Below, one piece after another: positions 19,921 to 29,013 of a DNA stretch of 30,240 nt. Each line of letters starts with the position of its first letter. The stretch's first letter is position 1. Source of the DNA: Macrostomum lignano (taxonomy: Eukaryota). The stretch is taken from assembly GCA_002269645.1 (NCBI GenBank), contig NIVC01001085.1, positions 1 through 30,240 of the forward strand, read 5' to 3'. The notes beneath the pieces were generated by a model that worked only from the letters and a program-made list of their open reading frames with translations, was not told where the DNA came from and made no database searches. The position numbers and the translations under genes are program-made.

Positions 19921-22695
19921 AAAAATTTATCTTGTAACTTAATAACATAGGTCTATGCAATTAAAAGCTTTTTTTCACCGCTTCACCCGCAGAGCTGCTG
20001 ATTTGGCAATTTCGTCGCATTCAAAAGCTTATAGAGACTATATAGTTTGTAAAAAAATGTTTTTCATTTCTATAAAATTTCTTTAAATATTAAATATTTT
20101 TATATCCATTTTTCTTTCCAGTTAAGCTGGCATTTCTGAGCCTTTCACAACAGCTGCAGATCGAACTGTGGATATTGTAGATAGTCTATTATAGGCACTT
20201 AGGATCTGCATATCGATTTAGCCTAGACCATGCTTAATAGTTACCTATTGAATATTATAGGAGGTATATTTACACTTAGTAAAGTACGATCCTTCTTGTA
20301 CGGACTAGCGAAACAATTTCAAAACTTTCGAGAGCAGAAGAGAGCTGCCTGCACCTCATGCACCATCTGTCCTGTATGGCAGCTTACTCGTACTTGACGT
20401 TTATTGTGTTGTGAATCGGGACGATCTCAACCATCACCTGAAGTAACGCCTCACGACTGCATGCCCCGTGCTCACGAAACGAATGCAACTCAGATAAGCC
20501 CACAGCGACTCCGCGGATCCTTGCGCGGATTTGGGAATCAGACCTTCGAGGTAAATGTAGACGAACTGTAGATTGGGAAAATTGTGTCGCCCGTGTACAT
20601 CATTGCCCATGGGCATTAAATCGCAGCCTCCGTGGAGTCTGGCATACCGCGGGGCTTATAGCTTCAGGCTAACAACTCGCTGCAGCAACCAGCTTGTCCA
20701 GACGAGACCCTCCGCAACGGTCTTCGTTGGTTGGAAGAGCATTCCATTCCATAGCACCCCGTTAAGTACCATGCAGGACTAACAGGAACACAACACAAAT
20801 GATGTCTCGAAGAAGTCCGATAGGCCGTCAAGTGTTGAAATAACCGCCATAATTTTTGTCATGGTGCATCGCCGTCGGCGGTGAAATCCAACCTCTGGCA
20901 CATTGTACACATGGAGCACCATTAAAGCCTAAATGGCATTCAAATTAAGGCATACCAGAGGTCACGCCTTTACTGATAGCGCAGTTTTACCTTGGGTTCA
21001 ATGAATGTCAAGGGCCAAGAATTCCTATATTTCCTACATTATTTTGTTGCAAATCGGTGTTGTTAGCACGATTATTCTAGCGCCACGGTACGCAGTTCAG
21101 CTCCAAAGAGATTACCTCCAGAGAGGTATCCATTGCCAGCGCTGCAACTACTAGCTGTGTTGAGAATGCAGCTAACACTTGTGCGTGACTGACTGCACCT
21201 CAACTTTACTCGGAAGACTCTGCACTTACCTGGGCCCGAGAATCTCTGCCAGCTTCTCCGCTACCAAAGGGCTACGAGGGCGAGCGACCAATCTTGGCTC
21301 TACATGTATGTCTGAACTTCCTGGGACTTTCAGGTGGAAACTGTATCTAATAACGCTAGCTCGTCATTAATCAAGACCCCGATGCGCGCTGAACATAAAA
21401 TTAAGGCAATAAATGCACTACACGTAGTATCTGTCTAACACGTTTACTTCCGTGTGTTATAAAGATGTTTCCGTACATATGTAGACTGGACCAGGTACAG
21501 AATTTGGTACACTACGCTGTTCACACCACAGAAAATAGAATAGAATTCTAGGCATTGTTTTCTTGAGCATTTCCTGTTCACTGATCGCTGTCACTATTTT
21601 CAGCGAGAAACAAAAAGTCTATGTATATACTATGTTAGATTGAAAGACTTGCCACTTAAAACTAGAATTTTAGAGTACACAACAAAATAATTGCCGCAGG
21701 GTCTAACTGATTTCCAGCTGAGCTAAAATAGGAGTAATTGTGTCATGCTTAATTGAAGCGAATTCGCGGCTTCTGAAGTCTTCCTTGCTGGCAGTCAAAG
21801 CTAAGATATTAGGAGATATAAAATTCAAAAAGATTTCGACGCATTGATCGATCTCAGCTTAGGAAAGTTTCAAAGCCATTCAATTGCTGCCACTAAACTG
21901 AAAATCGCTTCGACAATCGCCCCCAGAAATCTTTAACTTCTACTAACTCATTTAGCCGCGTCCCTTCCAGATGCCACACGGGCCCTCTTTTCAGCTGTAA
22001 GTCATTTCAAGAATTTAAAAAGATTGCTATTGTCCATAAAATATCCAGAAAAATAGCTGAAAACTTATGCATATGTGGGCGTTCTTCTGCAGTTGCTCAT
22101 GTCAGTAAGAAGAGTGGAGAGTGGCAGAGATTCGCCACTCTTTGGCATGAAGCTTGGCATGGAAGTTTGGACTCGACACACAGACACAGTGACTACAGAG
22201 AATTGCACTCCGTTGCTTCTATACAAAACCTCTCGATCTTCCCAACGAATCAAAATCAATATCTGCGAATAAAGAATTGAGGGACAAGATTGAGAACCAA
22301 CTTTTACAGCTCAGTTGTCCGATAGCTAGTCTGATCTGACTGTTAACCGCTCCGCTTGTGAGAAATAAAATTTTACAGAAAATTTTCTCAACTCAAGAAC
22401 ATCTTTCAGTTTTCTGCTTCGACAGTATTTTTTTCGATTTTGGAATAAGCGTCACCTGGAAAGCAGAACAGCCGATATCCAGCTGGAGCTCCCACAGTCA
22501 GGGAGTTGCCAATGAAAAAGCTGTTTGCTCAACAAAACTGCGGGGGCGAGAGGGCGCCTCTTGTATTTATGAAGGCGAGAATCCGCCAACCGATCTCCAA
22601 CGGTTGAGCTGAGCTGATACGAAATTCGTAGACAAAACCCTTTTAGATCGAATCGAGCGGTAAAAAGGCTGGAAAAGGGATTCTAACGGTTCACC

Positions 22696-22777
22696 ATGAT
22701 CAGCAGGCCGACTTTTCAAGTGGCTTGCCATCAATGGCTTCTGTTTTTGATGCTATTCCAGGCTGTAACTGCCTACA
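22696..22777 (+). CDS. F-type lectin gene exon 1, signal peptide MISRPTFQVACHQWLLFLMLFQAVTAY
   Basis: CACCATG start, hydrophobic core and a V-T-A cleavage-type motif. Consensus A|GTAAGT donor in phase 1, which matches the downstream exons. Confidence 0.82.
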
Positions 22778-22968
22778 GTAAGTTTATCTCCTAAATTTTG
22801 ATTCGTTTATTTCTTTATAACATACAGAGAAACACTGTCAAAAAAGCGAGTCCGAAAGCATGAGCTGTAGCATGAGTCATGAATTACTGACTTCACATTC
22901 AACGTATGCCTACGAATGAACGGTTTTATACATTCAAATATAACTAACATGTCTGAAAATATTTTCAG

Positions 22969-23370
22969 GCATGCTGAAGCTTAGCCATTGCTCTCAGAGC
23001 TCCGTTGGCTGGAAAGGCGTTTGCGGCAGAGCCATCGACGGAAACACCAACCGGAACTACTGGGGACACTCGTGTACTCACACGAAGCTTGAACACGGCT
23101 GGTGGGTGGCCAAGACTCAGAAGCTGGCTCACATCAGACAGATTAAAATCTATAACAGAGCTGACTGTTGCGCCAACCGACTCACAAACTTTGTGGTGAT
23201 GGTGGATGGCCATCAGTGTGCTTCATACCATTCTCGCAGCGCCTTCAGTGTGAAGACATTCCACTGCAACCGCGTCGGTCGCTCCGTGATGATCCGAAGT
23301 CGAGCGAGAACCTATTTAACTCTCTGCGAAGTTCAGGTCTTCGGCGCGTACACAACACGCAGAAGCGGAC
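22969..23370 (+). CDS. F-type lectin (fucolectin/FTP, F5/8 type C fold) domain exon A1
   Basis: CTAAC branch point, TTTTCAG acceptor and C|GTAGGT donor. 402 nt, phase 1-1. Motifs AIDGN, SCTHT, WW, NRADCCANRL and LTLCEVQV. Confidence 0.92.
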
Positions 23371-23568
23371 GTAGGTTGCGCAAATCAAGTGACCTATTTC
23401 AAATTTGGGCTTTGAGAATTTCTTGTAACTTAATTTATACTGTGAGCGAATGACTGCGACCAGAAAGACCCACAAAGAGTACAAGAAACATGTAAAAATA
23501 CATGTAAAAGAGTACAAGTACATGTAAAAATTGGGTAACTAAGTTAAAATATCAAAACCAATTCCCAG

Positions 23569-23973
23569 GAAAACTAAGCTTCAACAAGTGCTTCCAGACC
23601 TCGACGGGCTGGAACGGAGTCTGCAAGCGAGCCATGGACGGAAACAAAAGCCAGAGCTACTGGAAGCACTCTTGCAGCCACACTAAATCCCCTAGCGGAT
23701 TCTGGCAAGGAAGCTTTACCAGACCCGCTCGCATCAAGGAGGTCGTTATCTACAACAGGCTCGACTGTTGCTCCAACCGACTCAACAACTTCGACATCAT
23801 CGTGGACGGACAGGTGTGCGCCAGACACAGGTCCAGCACGTTCTTCTCAGTGAAGAGATTCAAGTGCGACAAGGTCGGTCAGAATGTCATCATCAGGACC
23901 AATCTGAAGAAGTGGCTCACTCTGTGCGAGGTCGAAGTGTTCGGAGAGTACATCAAGCAAAAGAAGAGAGCCG
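23569..23973 (+). CDS. F-type lectin domain exon B1
   Basis: TTCCCAG acceptor and G|GTCAGT donor. 405 nt, phase 1-1. Motifs AMDGN, SCSHT, NRLDCCSNRL and LTLCEVEV. Confidence 0.9.
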
Positions 23974-24080
23974 GTCAGTCTCGAAGACGCTCATTTCTTT
24001 CTTTTAGTACATGTACTCAATTTGCTGCTTGTCAGTCATCAGACATTTAGTCTTAAATATCTAACATGCAACGGTTGCAG

Positions 24081-24482
24081 ATATGCTGCCTCTGAGCCAT
24101 TGCTCTCAGAGCTCTGTCGGCTGGAGCGGCGTCTGCAGCAGAGCCATCGACGGAAACACCAACCAGTACTACTGGGGATACTCGTGCACTCACACGAAGC
24201 TGCAGAAGGGCTGGTGGATGGCCAAGACTCAGAAGCTGGCTCACATCAAGGAGATCAAGATCTTCAACAGACTCGACTGCTGTTCTAATCGACTCACAAA
24301 CTTTGTTGTCACGGTGGACGGTCACGCGTGCGTCTCGTACAACTCTCGCAGCGTCTTCAGGGTGAAGACGTTCAGGTGCAACAGAGTAGGCAGGATCGTG
24401 AAGATCAGCAGTCGCAAGAGGACCTACCTGACCCTATGCGAAGTTCAGGTGTTCGGCTCGTACACGAAGCGATCCACAGGCA
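24081..24482 (+). CDS. F-type lectin domain exon A2
   Basis: CTAAC branch point at 24061, TTGCAG acceptor and A|GTAAGT donor. 402 nt, phase 1-1. Read-through of the donor gives a stop at 24488-24490. Confidence 0.92.
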
Positions 24483-24661
24483 GTAAGTAGAGAAGTCTTT
24501 TTTGTTTTACGACAGCATGGCCAGGCTTAATTGTCCCGTATAAAAGCTATTACTCGTATAACAACTGCAACGCGGGTGTAATGCTGTTTATATTGGACGT
24601 TTTACAATTGCCAGCATACATGTACTTCTGATTCTTTGTGACGATTTTTTGCTTTTCTCCT

Positions 24662-24898
24662 AAACGCGCTTCCTGGTACAGCTGGGGCCCGGACTAATTG
24701 GGCCTCACGGTCTCCAGCGCCACCTGGCAGAACCGATTGGATAGGGGCCGGGTCAAGCAAACGTGCAGACTTGCGAAGACGTGCAGGAGGCGACTTCTTG
24801 AGGGCGATGGCCCAGAGACGCGTTTTCTGACTGCTCCCCCTTTCTGGCTACTGCGTGGCCGGCGGAGCAGTACCTTGTTGTTTTTGTTTTTGTTGTTG
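24662..24898 (+). mobile_element. Retroposed insert of about 240 bp with a (TTG)n tail, in a lectin intron
   Basis: A GC-rich body ending in TTG/TTTTG repeats, flanked by TTTTCTCCT at 24653-24661 and 24899-24907. It is absent from the paralogous intron after exon A3. Family not identified. Confidence 0.55.
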
Positions 24899-25048
24899 TT
24901 TTCTCCTTATTTTATTCGACTGCTTTTTAGGCATTGTTTCGAGCATGAAAATGAATGCAATGCCCTAAGACTCCTGCGTTGCTTATCAATAGCAAATACT
25001 CGTCATTGCTCATACTCGCTCGATATCTCTCTCTTTCCCCCCTTCCCT

Positions 25049-25049
<1 letters not shown>

Positions 25050-25086
<37 letters not shown>
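25050..25086. repeat. (CT)n microsatellite
   Basis: Direct. Confidence 0.95.
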
Positions 25087-25090
<4 letters not shown>

Positions 25091-25559
25091 CCCATGCAAT
25101 ATTTCAACGCCCGCTGACGTATGTGATCTGCTCGACATCAATGGGCGTCGTTGGCAAATGACTATTTTATATCACGCTGACCAATAACGACGTCATATCA
25201 TCTATCATCGAACGTCGGTCTAGTGTAACAGTACTGACACAGAGTAGAGAATCAGATCTGATACCAGCTATTATACGAGTATTGCTGTCTCTTAGCCCTC
25301 CAAGCGTCCAGTCAAAAACTTACTTATAAAGTTAGTGCCAAAAAGACTCAACCTTTTAAACGAATCGTAACCATAAGTCAAAAACTAAAACACCACACCT
25401 ACCACTATGAAGACGTACCACAAATACGTAAATTTTAGCACGAGTACCTAAAACGAAAATTTTCGTAAGATTTTGACGCCCCGAAGTAAGTTTCTTGCTG
25501 CTAAAGGTTTTCACTTAAATACAGCACGTAAGAACTAACCAACTGAACTGAATCCACAG

Positions 25560-25964
25560 ACAAGCTGAGCTTCAACAAGTGCTTCCAGACCTCGACGGGC
25601 TGGAACGGAGTCTGCAAGCGAGCCATGGACGGTAACAAAAGCCAGAGCTACTGGAAGCACTCTTGCAGCCACACTAAATCCCCTAGCGGATTCTGGCAAG
25701 GAAGCTTTACCAGACCCGCTCGCATCAAGGAGGTCGTCATCTACAACAGACTCGATTGTTGCTCCAACCGACTCAACAACTTCGACATCATCGTGGACGG
25801 ACAGGTGTGCGCCAGACACAGGTCCAGCACGTTCTTCTCAGTGAAGAGATTCAAGTGCGACAAGGTCGGTCAGAATGTCATCATCAGGACCAATCTGAAG
25901 AAGTGGCTCACTCTGTGCGAGGTCGAAGTGTTCGGAGAGTACATCAAGCAAAAGAAGAGAGCCG
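25560..25964 (+). CDS. F-type lectin domain exon B2 (near-identical to B1)
   Basis: CTAAC branch point, TCCACAG acceptor and G|GTCAGT donor. 405 nt, phase 1-1, offset 1991 bp from B1. Confidence 0.9.
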
Positions 25965-26071
25965 GTCAGTCTCGAAGACGCTCATTTCTTTCTTTTAGTA
26001 CATGTACTCAATTTGCCGCTTGTCAGTCATCAGACATTTAGTCCTACATATCTAACATGCAACGGTTGCAG

Positions 26072-26499
26072 ATATGCTGCCTCTGAGCCATTGCTCTCAG
26101 AGCTCTGTCGGCTGGAGCGGCGTCTGCAGCAGAGCCATCGACGGAAACACCAACCAGTACTACTGGGGATACTCGTGCACTCACACGAAGCTGCAGAAGG
26201 GCTGGTGGATGGCCAAGACTCAGAAGCTGGCTCACATCAAGGAGATCAAGATCTTCAACAGACTCGACTGCTGTTCTAATCGACTCACAAACTTTGTGGT
26301 CACGGTGGACGGTCACGCGTGCGCCTCTTATAACTCTCGCAGCGTCTTCAAGGTGAAGACGTTCAGATGCAACAGAGTAGGCAGGATCGTGAAGATCTTC
26401 AGTCGCAAGAGGACCTACCTGACCCTATGCGAAGTTCAGGTGTTCGGCACGTACACAAAGCGATCCACAGGCAGTAAGTCCAAAGTTGTTAATATTTGA
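26072..26499 (+). CDS. F-type lectin domain exon A3, probably terminal (stop at 26497-26499; a GTAAGT donor also exists at 26474)
   Basis: TTGCAG acceptor, phase 1, same motifs as A2, offset 1991 bp from A2. No further lectin exon was found downstream. Confidence 0.88.
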
Positions 26500-26612
26500 C
26501 AGTTCAGAATTGCCAGCATACTTCTGGTTCCTTGTTGCGAAAGTTTTTTTTCTTCTTTATATGTTCAAGAGTATTTTGGAATATCATTGACCAGGAAAAT
26601 GAAAGCAACGCT

Positions 26613-28460
26613 TTAACGTGCAGCGTGGTCTTCGTTGGAAAAGACGGAGACTCGTTTGGTAGCCTGGAGAAACCGAATGAGTCGTGTGATATTCTCGGTC
26701 CGGCAAGCGTCGTCCCTGGACGGGTTGAGCCCGAGGTAATTATAGTTTATCTGGTCTCGATTTAAATCTGGCCAGTAGCAGACGAAGTGTTTGGCGTCTT
26801 CGTTTTCGAGGTTGCAAAAGTTGCCAATTTTCGACGGTCGGATTTTACTGGTGAAGCAAAGCTCGACCAGTGTGACAAGCTCTTCTTAAATCATTTCGCC
26901 GTTGCCCGGTAGGCAAACCGAGGCGATGAGTGTAGTCCTCCCAGGAAGTATGTCTTCAGATTGGATGACACATATGTCCCTGGTGGACAGTTCCGATCTG
27001 AGCCATGCGTTATTGAGCTTGACAATATGATACAGGATCTTGGTGCCATATTTACCTCCCGGGTGCAGGATGATCCGTGGTGCATTTAAGTCAATGTGCT
27101 TCATAAGATTGACTGAAGCAGCAAACCTGTGCTGCAGGTTGACCTGCAAGCAGTGAATTCCCTGAAAGACAGTCATGTCTACTCTCAAGGGAAGGCAAAA
27201 AACGGCTCGTCCTCAGTTTCATCCGTAAGAGTTGAGTCGCCAATTTCCATTGGCTAAGGCTCAGCCGCCTCCCCAGCCGCGGAGGTGGACGCGGCGCCCG
27301 CGGCAGGTGAGACACCTGGCCGCACTGCACCGCCTTTTTCCTCAGCACCCCGCCGTCAGGAGTCTGGCTCGGCCGACAGCATCCTCCACCTGTGGCGATT
27401 CCACCTGTTGGATGGCGGAGCCGGGCCGCAGTCCAGTTCCTTTGGCTGGCTTTGAGCAGTTTAACAAGGGGCACGAGTCCACTAGAGGTGAAGTCTCAGA
27501 GACTGAGCTTCGTTAAAGGCGTGCTGAATTAGTCCTGACCGCCGACTACCGCGGACGGGTCTACGTCCGCACGAGGCAGAATCAGCAGCACGAAGTGCCT
27601 TGTTAGGCTCGGGATCAGGTTGCTGTTGCCGCTTGGCCGGCGGAGCCGGAGCCCAGCTCCGGGTGCGGCGCGCTTCCCGTCGTTCTTGACCTCCGTCTTG
27701 CCCTCCTCACAACGGACGATGGTCTGTTAATGGAGACCAAGGTGGAGGGTCGAGCCATATGGTAGCCGCTTGGTCCATCCCTTCGTCACGCCGAGGACGA
27801 CAAAGGTCCCGGTCGTGCCCTTGTGGACCGTGTTGTGGTACACAAGACCACTGGCGTCGAGATCCGGCTGCCGCTTGATCCAAATCCGATGGCGGATGGT
27901 CTTTTCGGACGCTCGCTCTCCAGGGTGAAGGTCAGCTGACCAGGTCGCTGTGCCAGTCGAACTTGGGCAGCTGATCTCGCAGGAGTTGGGTGCTCTCCTC
28001 GGATTTGCACCACAGTAGGATGTATCCGTTCGTCTTTGTGGACTTGATGATGTCAACGAAGACCCCCTTCTGGGTTAGGTTTAGCAGGCCCTCGTCGATG
28101 GTACGCCACGCGACGTCGAGCTGCTCAGGCGTCAAATCGCAGTCCCCGCCGAGGATCCTCAGGGCAGGTTAGAGCGGCTGCTTGACCTTTGAGGCGTAGG
28201 TCTCCGAGGTCGTGTCCGGACCGCTTCATTGTTGTAAGGCGGAAGGCTAGCAGGGTTGCCCCCCCCTGAGAGTTCGAGGACACGGCGGTTTCTGATGGTC
28301 CAGCCGCGCCACCAGACTCCCCGGGGTACTTCTCCGCCGCGGTGACTCCCAAAGGCCTCACCGCGGCTTGTCCGCCCTCCGAAGGTTTTTATAGGGTAAG
28401 GTCTAGGTCTAGGGTTTCTAGGGTAAGGTTTTTAGAAGCGTTATTCAGGTACTAGAATAA
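26613..28460 (-). mobile_element. Degenerate, internally deleted R1/LOA-clade non-LTR retrotransposon (ORF1, partial APE endonuclease, ORF2 C-terminal zinc knuckle; no RT)
   Basis: Broken ORF1 frames (TYASKVK; LRILGGDCDLTPEQLDVAW...GYILLWCKSEESTQLL) resemble DUF4780-type R1 ORF1. The ORF2 start IHCLQVNLQHRFAASVNL, then PRSCII and LIASVCLP..EELVTLVELC, are typical of R1 APE. The tail is a CX2CX8HX4C-like GNFCNLENEDAKHFVCYWP followed by YLG..ITRLIRFLQAT. Several stops and frameshifts. The 3' boundary is uncertain (26544-26640). Confidence 0.75.
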
Positions 28461-29013
28461 GTTCTTTAATCAAGCTTAAAAATGTGAATGATTAACAAGA
28501 CACGCGGCTTTAATGTGCGATTTTGGAAACGTCAAATTTTGACCCCGGATATAGCCAGCCGGATAGCTTAAAATTGAACCAAGATTGGATAGTGTTAAGT
28601 ACATCTACGATGGTATGGCAACTACAACTATCGTGTACTATAGAGAAATTACTATAGAGAAATAGCTAGAGAAATCAACACCAACGCCTTCACGCATACG
28701 CATTTTGCGCAAAATAACACATTTTCCCCTTACGTTTCAGTATCATTGTGCGCTTAGTGCCAGTTTTTACGTTAGCGGTTCAGATGTCACTCGCATTTCT
28801 TCTATATTTGCTTGTTGGATGACAGGCTTTTCTGTCTCAGTAACACGGAAAGGCAATCTTTCAAGGCTATTTCTGTCTTCCAGGAGGCCAGATGTATTCA
28901 ATATTTCGCCTTCATCACTGCCACAAAGACACTTCTGATAACAGAAAGTTCATAAAGTGTAGCTCCCTAAATTATATCAAATTATAACTTATGCTTATCC
29001 TCCATATGGAATA

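Noticed and set aside
20780-20935. Laminin-EGF-like ECHLGFNGAPCVQCARGW plus a hydrophobic stretch on the minus strand
   Set aside because: It is flanked by stops at near-random frequency, and I could not build a consistent exon chain.
22828-22875. Extra small lectin exon after a good acceptor (CATACAG at 22827)
   Set aside because: The frame is open in phase 1, but the only phase-compatible donors (GTAGCA 22867, GTCATG 22876) are weak. It needs RNA evidence.
22965-26316. Minus-strand ORFs over the lectin exons (22965-23213, 23574-23828, 24053-24325, 25535-25819, 26044-26316)
   Set aside because: They are antisense shadows of the lectin codons and are duplicated only because the exons are.
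26544-26562. T-run as the poly(A) tail of the R1-like element
   Set aside because: A T-run occurs at the paralogous position in the A2 intron (about 24645), similarity to that intron continues to about 26620, and no TSD was found.
28390-28430. TAGGG-like repeats at the 5' end of the R1-like element as a TRAS/SART-style telomeric target
   Set aside because: The units are irregular and read in the ORF1 frame as NLTLETLDLDLTL, so they are better explained as low-complexity ORF1 codons.
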